DNA from: an uncultured Bacilli bacterium
Lineage (GTDB): Bacteria > Bacillota_I > Bacilli_A > RF39 > UBA660
Length of the DNA: 64,000 bases
Assembly: GCA_947632065.1 (NCBI GenBank)
Contig: CANRNO010000001.1
Coordinates: forward strand, 5,803 to 69,802
Reading direction: 5' to 3'
Numbering within the stretch: the stretch's first letter is position 1; every line of letters begins with the position of its first letter. The notes below the pieces were generated by a model. It searched no databases. It was given only the letters and a program-made list of their open reading frames with translations, and was not told the DNA's origin. Position numbers and translations under genes: made by a program. Of the stretch, positions 39,166-48,014 are shown one piece after another.

Positions 39166-40956
39166 ATGGGGAAGAAAAGAAAAAATAAAGAGATACCACA
39201 AGTAAAAACTAATGAAAATATCAAAGAAAAAGAAATAAAAGAACCCGTAAAATTAAAAGATGAAACCTCAGTAAAAATAATAGTAATATCAGGAGAATCT
39301 TATTTTGATGGAAGTTTTATTGGTCTTTTAGGTTGGAAAATATTAGGATACATCCTAACAATTATAACTTTTGGACTTGCTTATCCATTTGCTTTATGTA
39401 TGAGATATAATTGGCAACTAAAACATACCGTTATAAACGGAAAAAGATTAAAATTTGATGGACATGGATATCAATTAATAGGTAAATGGATTTGGTGGTG
39501 GATACTAACCATTATAACATTAGGAATATATTATATATTTATACCTGTTCAAAAACAAAAATGGATTGTAAAACATACTCATTACGAAAGCTATGATAAA
39601 GATTCAGAAGAAGATGAAAATAACAAATCAGAATTTACTGGTAATATCTTTTCATACATTGGATGGTCTTTTCTAACATCATTTATAGCTATATTCTCCT
39701 TTGGATTACTTCTACCAATATCTATTTGTTTAATGACAAATTATAAAATAAAACACACTATATATGATGGAGAAGAATTAGAATTTACAGGAGATCCAAT
39801 AAATCTATTAATAAACTGTCTAAAATGGGTTGGACTTACTCTAATTACTTTTGGAGTTTATTTGATTGTATTAAAAGTATCAGTTATAAAATGGCAAGTA
39901 AAACACATTGCTAAAAAAGGAGTAAGTAAAAATACTTTCTCTACTGAAAAATATCTTTTAATACCATTAATTATATCTTTTATATCCTTTATAATCGTCT
40001 CTATTTTTGCATACCCTTTAATAGATGATTATATAGATAGTATAAAAGAAGAAATAGATTATATTATACAAGATGAAGTATATACTGGCCAAGATTGGGG
40101 AGATAAATATGCCCTATATTTAAAACATCATATATTTGATGAAACAAATAAAGTAAAAATTGCTATAGTAAATGTAGATGACTCATCTTCCCCAGAACTT
40201 TTCATTAACTATATTGATAAAAATAAGGAAAATATCACAAAATTCCTTTATATAAAAGGAAAAACAGTAAAAAGTTCTAGAAACTATAAAAACGCATCAA
40301 TTAAATTATTATGTACTGTAGAAGATGAAGAATATAAATGGGCAGTATTTATACCAGAAAAAGAAAGTGAAGACGGAAAACTATATTTTACAGATAAATT
40401 AATGAAAGAAGATTTTGAAAAAGTAGAATATAAAAAAGATGATAAAGAATTTCAAAGAAAATATATAATTCATAATATTAATTTAATTTATTATTATGTA
40501 TCAAAAGATGATTTACATAACGATATGAATGCCTTAATAGGAAATTACGAAGGAGATAATTATATAACATCATCCCTTGATAATGAATTTAAAAAAGAAA
40601 TAGAAGCAGCAAGATTAGAAATAGAGAATCTAAAAAGATTACAAGTTGGAGATTATTATGCTAAATACGGTACTTATAAACTTTATACAAATGGTTTACA
40701 CAGTACAGTTGCTTTAGTAGAAGATGATGAAATATTTGAATTAAAAGTAGGTGGAGTTTGTCATATAAAAAGAACAAATCATTTAGGAAATGAAATAGAT
40801 AAAGATTGTACTTATCAAGTTACAGATTCAAATTATACAATAGATTCTAAAAGGATTGCCACTATAAATGTTACCTATGAAGGAGGAAATACTAATTATC
40901 AAGTAAAAGATAATAATGTACTTACTAATTCATGGTATACCTTAAAACTTAAATAA
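39166..40956 (+). CDS. Membrane protein with three tandem DUF898 (YjgN-like) modules plus a ~300-aa C-terminal soluble domain
   Basis: GLLGWKILGYILTIITFGLAYPFALCMRYNWQLKHTVINGKRLKFDG-type module repeated three times. Confidence 0.55.
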   Translation: MGKKRKNKEIPQVKTNENIKEKEIKEPVKLKDETSVKIIVISGESYFDGSFIGLLGWKILGYILTIITFGLAYPFALCMRYNWQLKHTVINGKRLKFDGHGYQLIGKWIWWWILTIITLGIYYIFIPVQKQKWIVKHTHYESYDKDSEEDENNKSEFTGNIFSYIGWSFLTSFIAIFSFGLLLPISICLMTNYKIKHTIYDGEELEFTGDPINLLINCLKWVGLTLITFGVYLIVLKVSVIKWQVKHIAKKGVSKNTFSTEKYLLIPLIISFISFIIVSIFAYPLIDDYIDSIKEEIDYIIQDEVYTGQDWGDKYALYLKHHIFDETNKVKIAIVNVDDSSSPELFINYIDKNKENITKFLYIKGKTVKSSRNYKNASIKLLCTVEDEEYKWAVFIPEKESEDGKLYFTDKLMKEDFEKVEYKKDDKEFQRKYIIHNINLIYYYVSKDDLHNDMNALIGNYEGDNYITSSLDNEFKKEIEAARLEIENLKRLQVGDYYAKYGTYKLYTNGLHSTVALVEDDEIFELKVGGVCHIKRTNHLGNEIDKDCTYQVTDSNYTIDSKRIATINVTYEGGNTNYQVKDNNVLTNSWYTLKLK

Positions 40957-40974
40957 AACTTGCAAATTTATAAA

Positions 40975-41003
40975 AAAAATAGTATATTATATGTACTTAC
41001 CAA
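40975..41003 (+). promoter_or_regulatory. Probable rpsO promoter TTGCAA-17-TATATT followed by a structured leader
   Basis: ttgcaaatttataaaaaaaatagtatatt; the leader contains the inverted repeat ccaattc...gaattgg. Confidence 0.3.
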
Positions 41004-41071
41004 TTCCCGGTTAAAAGACTTTCCGACTTTTTACTTAGAATTGGCAGAATTTAAAGAAAGGAAGTGTTAAT

Positions 41072-41341
41072 ATGGCTTTAACAAAAGATGAAAAAACAAA
41101 AATCATTGAAAAGTTTAGAATCAATGATACAGATACAGGTTCAGCAGAAGTTCAAATAGCTATTCTAACAGAAGAAATCAAACAATTAACAGAACATTTA
41201 AAAACACATATTCATGATTATCATTCTCGTCGTGGTCTTCTTAAAAAAGTTGGACAACGTCGTAATATGTTAGGATACCTAGCAAGAACAGATGTAACTA
41301 GATATCGTAAATTAATTAAAGAATTAGGTTTAAGAAAATAG
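41072..41341 (+). CDS. rpsO: 30S ribosomal protein S15
   Basis: 89 aa, MALTKDEK...[23 protein letters not shown]; canonical rpsO-pnp pair. Confidence 0.95.
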   Translation: MALTKDEKTKIIEKFRINDTDTGSAEVQIAILTEEIKQLTEHLKTHIHDYHSRRGLLKKVGQRRNMLGYLARTDVTRYRKLIKELGLRK

Positions 41342-41360
41342 ACATTGGTCTATTTTTTTT
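41339..41360 (+). terminator. rpsO intrinsic terminator
   Basis: tagac-attg-gtcta followed by T8. Confidence 0.55.
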
Positions 41361-41402
41361 GATACTTTCATGATATAATGATACTTAGTGAGGAGTTATT
41401 AT

Positions 41403-43565
41403 ATGAAAAAAGAAATATTTAAATTAGATTTTTATGGCAAAGAAATAATAGTAGAACATGGAGAGATGGCTAAACAAGCAACAGGAGCAGTACTTGTAAG
41501 ATACAATGATACAGTAGTACTTTCAGCTGCAGTTTTAAATAAAGAAGTAAATCTTTTATCAGACTTTTTCCCACTTACAGTTAATTACCAAGAAAAACTT
41601 TATTCAGTAGGAAAAATTCCAGGAGGATTTATTAAAAGAGAAGGTCGTCCAACAGAAAATGCAACACTTGCAGCACGTATGATAGATAGACCTATGAGAC
41701 CATTATTCCCAGAAGGATTTAAAAATGAAGTACAAATTATAAATACAGTTTTATCAGTAGATCAAGATTGTTCACCAGAACTTACTGCAATGCTAGCATC
41801 TTCTCTAGCAGTCTCAATTAGTGAAATACCTTTTGATGGACCAATTGCGGGTGTTAAAGTAGGTTATGTTGATGGAAAATATATAATCAATCCAACACCA
41901 GAAGAAGCAGAAAAGTCAAGTCTAGACTTAACAGTTGCTGGAACAAAAGATGCTATCAACATGGTTGAATCAAGTGCTAAAGAAGTAAGTGAAGATATTA
42001 TGCTTAAAGCCCTAATGGAAGGACATAAAGCAATTAAAAAATTAATTAAATTTGAAGAAGAAATAATCAAAAAAATTGGTGTTCCTAAAATGGAATACGA
42101 AACTTTAGAAATAACAAGAGAACTAAGGGAAGAAGTAGAAGAACTTTCACGTGAAAAACTAGATAAAGCATTACGTATTAAAGAAAAACTAAAAATGCAT
42201 GAAGAAGTAGATGCTGTAAAAGAAAATACTATAAATACAATTTTACAAAAAGAAGAAAATCAAAATCTAGATAAAGAAGAAGAAAAAGAACTTACAACTA
42301 TGATTAATCAAATATTAAGTGATATAGAATATAAATTATTTAGAAGCATAGTTGTAAAAGAACATATTAGAGCAGACGGTCGTAAAATGGATGAAATAAG
42401 ACCACTTTCAACTGATATAGATATACTACCTAGAACTCATGGTTCTGCACTTTTCACTCGTGGAGAAACACAAGCATTATCAGTAACAACACTAGGTGCT
42501 CTAGGAGAACATCAAATATTAGATGGACTTGGACTTGAAGATGGAAAAAGATTTATGTTACATTACAATTTCCCACAATTCTCAGTAGGATCTACTGGAA
42601 GATATGGAGCACCAGGACGTCGTGAAATAGGACATGGTGCCTTAGGAGAAAAAGCCTTACTTCAAGTAATACCATCAGAAGATGAATTCCCATATACAAT
42701 TCGTGTTGTATCAGAAATTCTAGAATCAAATGGTTCATCTTCTCAAGCATCAATTTGTGCAGGATGTATGTCCTTAATGGCTGCAGGAGTTCCAATTAAA
42801 GCACCAGTTGCAGGAATTGCCATGGGACTTATAACAGATGGAGATGACTATACAATATTAACAGACATTCAAGGAATGGAAGACCATCTAGGAGATATGG
42901 ACTTTAAAGTTGCTGGTACAAAAACAGGAATATGTGCCCTACAAATGGATATTAAAATAAAAGGAGTAACAGAAGAAATATTAAAACAAGCTCTTGCTCA
43001 AGCTAAAAAAGCACGTCTAGAAATATTAAAAGTTATCGAAAAACAAATTAAAGAACCAAGAAAAGAAGTATCTAAATATGCTCCTAAGACTGTAACATTT
43101 ATGATTAAACCTGAAAAGATAAAAGATGTTATTGGTCGTGGTGGAGAAATGATTACTAAGATTATCTGTGAAGCATCAAATGTTACAGATGTAAATAATG
43201 TTAATGCTGTAAAAGTAGATCTAGAAGATGATGGTAGAGTAATTATTTATCACACTGATCAAGAAATAATAGATAAAACAAGACAAATGATAGAAGATGT
43301 AGTACGTGAAGTAGAAGAAGGAAAAATCTACAATGCAAAAGTTGTAAAAGTAGAAGATTTTGGTTGCTTTGTACAAGTATGGCCTGGATGTGAAGGATTA
43401 GTTCATATTTCACATCTTGATACAAAACGAGTAGAAAAAACAGAAGATGTTGTTAAAGTAGGGGATGAAATCATTGTAAAAGCAATCGGAACAGATAAAA
43501 GAGGAAGACTTAACTTCTCAAGACGTGATGCAATTAGCCCAAAAAAGAAAAAAGAGAAAAAATAA
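41403..43565 (+). CDS. pnp: Polyribonucleotide nucleotidyltransferase (PNPase)
   Basis: Two RNase PH domains, KH and S1 domains; start set at [12 protein letters not shown], which has a GAGGAG RBS. Confidence 0.95.
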   Translation: MKKEIFKLDFYGKEIIVEHGEMAKQATGAVLVRYNDTVVLSAAVLNKEVNLLSDFFPLTVNYQEKLYSVGKIPGGFIKREGRPTENATLAARMIDRPMRPLFPEGFKNEVQIINTVLSVDQDCSPELTAMLASSLAVSISEIPFDGPIAGVKVGYVDGKYIINPTPEEAEKSSLDLTVAGTKDAINMVESSAKEVSEDIMLKALMEGHKAIKKLIKFEEEIIKKIGVPKMEYETLEITRELREEVEELSREKLDKALRIKEKLKMHEEVDAVKENTINTILQKEENQNLDKEEEKELTTMINQILSDIEYKLFRSIVVKEHIRADGRKMDEIRPLSTDIDILPRTHGSALFTRGETQALSVTTLGALGEHQILDGLGLEDGKRFMLHYNFPQFSVGSTGRYGAPGRREIGHGALGEKALLQVIPSEDEFPYTIRVVSEILESNGSSSQASICAGCMSLMAAGVPIKAPVAGIAMGLITDGDDYTILTDIQGMEDHLGDMDFKVAGTKTGICALQMDIKIKGVTEEILKQALAQAKKARLEILKVIEKQIKEPRKEVSKYAPKTVTFMIKPEKIKDVIGRGGEMITKIICEASNVTDVNNVNAVKVDLEDDGRVIIYHTDQEIIDKTRQMIEDVVREVEEGKIYNAKVVKVEDFGCFVQVWPGCEGLVHISHLDTKRVEKTEDVVKVGDEIIVKAIGTDKRGRLNFSRRDAISPKKKKEKK

Positions 43566-43596
43566 ACAAAAGTTAATTATATATTATATATAAAAA

Positions 43597-43690
43597 GAAC
43601 ACCTAATAATGATGTGATATGAACCTCATTCCTTTGTCCAAGAAATGGGGTTCAGTTCATGATGTTAGGTGTTCTCTTTATTGTTTTACT
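43597..43690 (+). terminator. pnp terminator: an unusually long (~30-bp arm) imperfect hairpin followed by a U-run
   Basis: gaacacctaataatgatgtgatatgaacc ... ggttcagttcatgatgttaggtgttc, then tctttattgtttt. Confidence 0.5.
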
Positions 43691-43862
43691 TTTTAATTTT
43701 TTATTTAATGTTTCAGCACCTATACGAATAGTTGCTACTATTTTTCATTAGAAGTTGGTTTTTTTGTATTGGAAACATATGCTGATTGTGATAAAATTAT
43801 GTTATTGAATATTGCAATGTAGGTACATATATTTTTATTATTAAAATTTAGGAGTAAAAAAT

Positions 43863-44867
43863 ATGAGAAAAGAGAAAAAACAAAAATCAAAAAAATCATT
43901 AATCATAATAGCTATAATTTTTATAATTATTTCTATTATTTGTGCTTGCTTGTATTTTAATCGAAAAGAAAATAATAACAAAAATAAGCAGGAGACAATA
44001 GCTCTTAATGACAAAGAAAAACAAGTATTAAGTATTATATGTGAGATGAAATCATTTTATAGTCTAAATCCAGGTGGAACAAGAGTTGATATTAATGATA
44101 TAATTATTAACAATTTATTCTATGTACAAAACAAAAATGAGGATATTATGATAATAGGTTTAGATTGGTCAATGAGTTGGGATGGTAAATCAGTTAATCA
44201 AAAAATTGGCCTTATACCTGATAGTGATTATCCTAACAGAATTTCAAACGAAAGCATTAAATCATTTTATAAACAACCTGAAAATGCCGCAAATGAATTG
44301 ACAAATTCGTATGAAATGGCATTGAAAAGTTACGTAAATACAGATGAGCTATCTGAAGAATTTACATTGCTTGAAGTAGATAAGAGTAAAATAAAAGAAA
44401 TAGAAAACAAGGCTAACAAATATTTAAATTATGAAAAATATATGAGTCGTTGGAAAAAAATAAAGAATGAAAAAGAACAATATCAATATGGTTATCATGC
44501 ATTATATAGAGATGAAAATGGTAAGGATATTTCTATAAACTTTTTTGATGACGGTATATGTTCTACAAACTACAGTAATTTTAATTATAGTCAAAATCCT
44601 TCTGGAGTAATGCGTTACACAGTTAAATATATTAGCAATTCTTGTACTTATCGAGAAATATCTCAAAGAGAGTTAGAAATAATTGATGATACAATAGCTT
44701 CTAGAACTGCAACATCAGGAGGAATGACAATGAACGTAGGAAGTTCGAAAGTATCATCTAGTCCAATAAGAATTGAATTTGATGAAAACTATAAAACAAT
44801 TAAAATAATTAATGGACATTTTAATTATACTGGAGATCCAGCTTTCTTGACTTTTACAGAACAATAA
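43863..44867 (+). CDS. Membrane-anchored hypothetical protein (334 aa)
   Basis: N-terminal Lys-rich stretch plus a TM; no recognised domain; first gene of the pnp-smc islet. Confidence 0.4.
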   Translation: MRKEKKQKSKKSLIIIAIIFIIISIICACLYFNRKENNNKNKQETIALNDKEKQVLSIICEMKSFYSLNPGGTRVDINDIIINNLFYVQNKNEDIMIIGLDWSMSWDGKSVNQKIGLIPDSDYPNRISNESIKSFYKQPENAANELTNSYEMALKSYVNTDELSEEFTLLEVDKSKIKEIENKANKYLNYEKYMSRWKKIKNEKEQYQYGYHALYRDENGKDISINFFDDGICSTNYSNFNYSQNPSGVMRYTVKYISNSCTYREISQRELEIIDDTIASRTATSGGMTMNVGSSKVSSSPIRIEFDENYKTIKIINGHFNYTGDPAFLTFTEQ

Positions 44868-44937
44868 TACTTAGCAATAATTAAATGTAGTATTAAAAAT
44901 TATCGTAAATAAAAATATTTAAGAGGTGTAGTATTAA

Positions 44938-45363
44938 ATGAAAAAAAGATATATTATAATTTTTATAGTTGTTATATTTGCTATTATAAACATAGGTGCA
45001 TTGATTTATATTGTTAATGAAAATAATACAATAGTCTATGCAAAAAAATATGTAGCAACTTCTGATGATTCATGGGTAGAATTTTTTAGTGATGGAACTT
45101 GCTTTAGAAATATAAAACTAGATTATTGTAAATATAAAGTTGATGGAGATTTAATAATTTTAAAACAAAAGCAAACAGATGAGAATCTTGGATTAAGTAT
45201 GAAAATGGAACTTCATTTTAAAATTATAGATAGTGATAATCTAGAACATATTCATACTTGTTTTCCAGACTATAATGATGCTCATTCAGACTTTAATTGT
45301 GATAGTGATGAGAATAATCTTGAAAAATTAGGACAGACTGTAAAATATTCTTTAAAGAGTTAA
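44938..45363 (+). CDS. Membrane-anchored hypothetical protein (141 aa)
   Basis: N-terminal TM; Cys/His-containing C-terminal region; AGAGGTG RBS. Confidence 0.4.
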   Translation: MKKRYIIIFIVVIFAIINIGALIYIVNENNTIVYAKKYVATSDDSWVEFFSDGTCFRNIKLDYCKYKVDGDLIILKQKQTDENLGLSMKMELHFKIIDSDNLEHIHTCFPDYNDAHSDFNCDSDENNLEKLGQTVKYSLKS

Positions 45364-45451
45364 ATAAAATCACCAAAATATTAAATGCTCTCAATAAATT
45401 TTTATAATAGAAATTATTAAGTATTCATATACTTAATTAGGTGATAACTTC

Positions 45452-46312
45452 ATGAAAAAAACAAAACAAGTTATAATAAGTATTTCTTTAATATTACTAA
45501 GTTTTTTCTATACTAATAAAACAGTTGAAATATTAAGAAATGCTGATCCTATAATGAAAACAATTAAAAGTAAAGAAGAAAGTTTTAAAATAGAAGCAAC
45601 TAATGCTAAAATCGAAAAAAACACTATCACACCAGGAAGTAGTGGAAGTAAAATAAATCTAGATGATAGTTTTAAAAAAATGAAAAAATACGGAAGTTAT
45701 AATGAAAGTTTAATGGTTTTTGAAGAAGTAAAACCAGAAGTTTCAATAAATAATAATTATGATAAATTTATAATATCTGGAAATCAAGAAAAAGAAAATG
45801 TAGCATTACTATTCAAAGTATTTAGAGATGACGAAGTAGATGATATTCTAAATATATTAGAAGAATATAAAGTGAATGCTACTTTTTTTGTAGATGGATT
45901 ATGGCTTGAAAATAATCAAGAAAAAGTTGTTTATATGAGTGAGATAGACCAAGAAATAGAAATTTTAAATTATGATTCTTCCTATCAACAAAAATATTTT
46001 CAAAGTGCAGTAAACATTTCTCATTCACTAACAGGAACCCCACCAAAGTTTTGTTATGCAGAATATGAAAGAAAACAAGTTTTAAACTTATGTAAAAAGA
46101 TAAATCTACATACAGTAATTCCTTCTATTATTACAGAAGAAAATCCATTTGGGAATGTCAAAGAAAAACTAGAAAACGGTTCAATTATAAGTATGCCTTT
46201 AGGAGCAGTAGTAGAAAAACAACTGCCGACTATAATAAATTATATAAAGCAAAGAGGTTATAAAATTGTATCATTAGATGAATTATTAAGTGAAAAAGAA
46301 GTTATAAATTAA
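45452..46312 (+). CDS. NodB-homology (polysaccharide deacetylase-like) protein with degenerate catalytic motifs (PdaB/YlxY-like)
   Basis: ALLFKVFRDDEVDDILNILEEYKVNATFFVDGLWLENN matches NodB motif 1, but the HExxH-region His residues are replaced (IDQEIEILNYDSS). Confidence 0.45.
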   Translation: MKKTKQVIISISLILLSFFYTNKTVEILRNADPIMKTIKSKEESFKIEATNAKIEKNTITPGSSGSKINLDDSFKKMKKYGSYNESLMVFEEVKPEVSINNNYDKFIISGNQEKENVALLFKVFRDDEVDDILNILEEYKVNATFFVDGLWLENNQEKVVYMSEIDQEIEILNYDSSYQQKYFQSAVNISHSLTGTPPKFCYAEYERKQVLNLCKKINLHTVIPSIITEENPFGNVKEKLENGSIISMPLGAVVEKQLPTIINYIKQRGYKIVSLDELLSEKEVIN

Positions 46313-46364
46313 AAAGTATAAATACCTAAAAAGGTATTTTTTTTATAAAATTTTAAAAAAAGTA

Positions 46365-46428
46365 TTGACAAGTGTACTAAAGTACGCTTATAATTAAAGT
46401 GTAATGATTAAAGTGCACTAAAATCATT
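46365..46428 (+). promoter_or_regulatory. Consensus promoter TTGACA-17-TATAAT followed by a perfect 28-bp nested palindrome (taatgattaaagtgcactaaaatcatta) operator
   Basis: -35 at 46365-46370, -10 at 46388-46393; palindrome at 46401-46428 over the transcription start and leader, 30 nt before the start codon. Confidence 0.55.
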
Positions 46429-46457
46429 AAATAATTATGGGAAAAGGAGAGTATTTA

Positions 46458-47267
46458 ATGAGAGAAAGAAAAATGTGTTGGTGGATTACTGAAAAATGTA
46501 ACGAAAACTGCGAATATTGTTTCAGATCACTAAGTAGCATTAACAAATTCAACTTTGATGAACATATGAAAATATTAGAAAGGATAATTGACTTTGGAAC
46601 AGATCAAATTACTTGGTCTGGAGGAGAAGCATTGCTTGTAGATCATGCTCCAGAATTAATTAAATATGCTCATGAAAAAGGTATTTACAACAAAATAACA
46701 ACTAATGGTAAATTACTAACACCAGAAAAAATAGAAGAGTTAAAACCTTATATAGATTTAGTTGCTTTATCAATTGATTCATTTAATGATGAGACTAACA
46801 AAAAATTAGGACGTGGTATTGAACATAGAAAAACAGTTATGAATAGAATTAATCATCTAATGGCATCAGGTGTAAAAGTAGATATAAACACAGTAGTAAC
46901 AAGCCTAAACATCAAGGATTTAGATGATATGGGAGAGTTTCTTAGAGAAAACCCTATTTCTGGTAAATGGAAATTAATGACTTTCTTCCCAGTAAGAGAA
47001 AAAGCCCTTAAAAACAAAGATAAATTAGAAATAAGTGATGAAGAGTTTTTAACAGAAGTAAAAAGAATTATAGAAAAATATCCAGATATCAATATAACAT
47101 TTATGATGAATGATGAAATCCAACAACAATATCCAGGTGTAAGAGCTAACGGAGATTTGCTAGTAACACGTGATTACAATGATATGATATTTGGTAATAT
47201 GGCAACAGATGATAAAATAGAAAATCCATTTGAATATGATAAAAAATTCCAAAAAGTAAAAAAGTAA
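46458..47267 (+). CDS. Viperin-like radical-SAM enzyme (prokaryotic viperin, pVip-like)
   Basis: CNENCEYCF (viperin CNYKCGFCF), ITWSGGEALL (INFSGGEPFL), TNGKLL (SNGSLI), IDLVALSIDSFNDETNKKLGRG ([22 protein letters not shown]), VDINTVVTSLNIKD (KINSVINRFNVEE), GKWKLMTF (VRWKVFQ); start set at MRERK, which has an AAAGGAGAG RBS. Confidence 0.6.
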   Translation: MRERKMCWWITEKCNENCEYCFRSLSSINKFNFDEHMKILERIIDFGTDQITWSGGEALLVDHAPELIKYAHEKGIYNKITTNGKLLTPEKIEELKPYIDLVALSIDSFNDETNKKLGRGIEHRKTVMNRINHLMASGVKVDINTVVTSLNIKDLDDMGEFLRENPISGKWKLMTFFPVREKALKNKDKLEISDEEFLTEVKRIIEKYPDINITFMMNDEIQQQYPGVRANGDLLVTRDYNDMIFGNMATDDKIENPFEYDKKFQKVKK

Positions 47268-47294
47268 CTTTATAATTATCAATATAATAATTTA

Positions 47295-47322
47295 AAAGGA
47301 AGCTTCTTGCTTTCTTTTTTTG
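47295..47322 (+). terminator. Intrinsic terminator after the viperin-like gene
   Basis: aaaggaagc-ttctt-gctttcttt followed by ttttg. Confidence 0.45.
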
Positions 47323-47387
47323 TTTACAAAATATAAAAAAAATTATAATATAATAAGTATAAATTGTTAATTGAAAAGGAAAAATCT

Positions 47388-47903
47388 ATGAAGAAAGATA
47401 TTAATAAATTACCTAAAAGTATTATTTTAGTAAGACATGGGGAAAATATATTTAATGATAATATTCCAAATGATTTATTAGAGCTCTCACCACTTGGTAT
47501 TAAACAAGCAATGTGGGTAAAAGAAAAATTGAATAATAATTTTGATGTAGTATTTTCATCAACTTCAAAACGTACTATTGATACTGCTACTATAATATCT
47601 TCAAAAATAAAAGCTATCCAAGATAAAAGATTATTAGAAAAAGGATATGGTAATAATAAAAATGGAGATGAAACTTTAAAAGATGCTAAAAATAGATTCA
47701 AAGAAGTATTAGATGAAGTAATAAGAAAATACCCAAATAAAAAAGTATTATTTGTTATCCATGGAGCACTTATGAAACTTGCACAAGATGTAATAGAAAG
47801 TGAAAATCTAAAAAGAGATTCCATAGAAAACTGTGAAATAATAAAATATGAAAGAACCTCAGATGAAGTGTTTAATAAAATTATAGAAAAACCTTTTGAG
47901 TAA
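47388..47903 (+). CDS. Histidine phosphatase (phosphoglycerate-mutase superfamily, branch 1)
   Basis: ILVRHGEN (the catalytic RHG motif), SSTSKRTIDTA, and C-terminal VIHGALM (second His); own promoter TTTACA-17-TAATAT; the minus-strand ORF overlapping it (47324-47920) is rejected. Confidence 0.7.
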   Translation: MKKDINKLPKSIILVRHGENIFNDNIPNDLLELSPLGIKQAMWVKEKLNNNFDVVFSSTSKRTIDTATIISSKIKAIQDKRLLEKGYGNNKNGDETLKDAKNRFKEVLDEVIRKYPNKKVLFVIHGALMKLAQDVIESENLKRDSIENCEIIKYERTSDEVFNKIIEKPFE

Positions 47904-47936
47904 ATATAAAGATATTCCAAGCAGAATATCTTTTCT
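47904..47936 (+). terminator. Intrinsic terminator after the phosphatase gene
   Basis: aaagatattc-caagca-gaatatcttt followed by a T-rich run. Confidence 0.5.
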
Positions 47937-48014
47937 TTATATTAAATTTCCTTTTTTCCTTTTGATATTTATAAATTTTTGTTATAATGGAAATAGTCAA
48001 AAGTAGGTGATATG

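Noticed and set aside
43611-43688. 25-codon ORF (MNLIPLSKKWGSVHDVRCSLYCFTF) inside the pnp terminator hairpin
   Set aside because: No RBS, and it lies wholly within a stable stem-loop; almost certainly non-coding.
47324-47920. 198-aa minus-strand ORF overlapping the histidine-phosphatase gene
   Set aside because: Low-complexity Ser/Leu/Phe-rich translation with no RBS. The plus-strand frame has a catalytic RHG motif and an RBS, so the minus ORF is an antisense artefact of AT-rich sequence.
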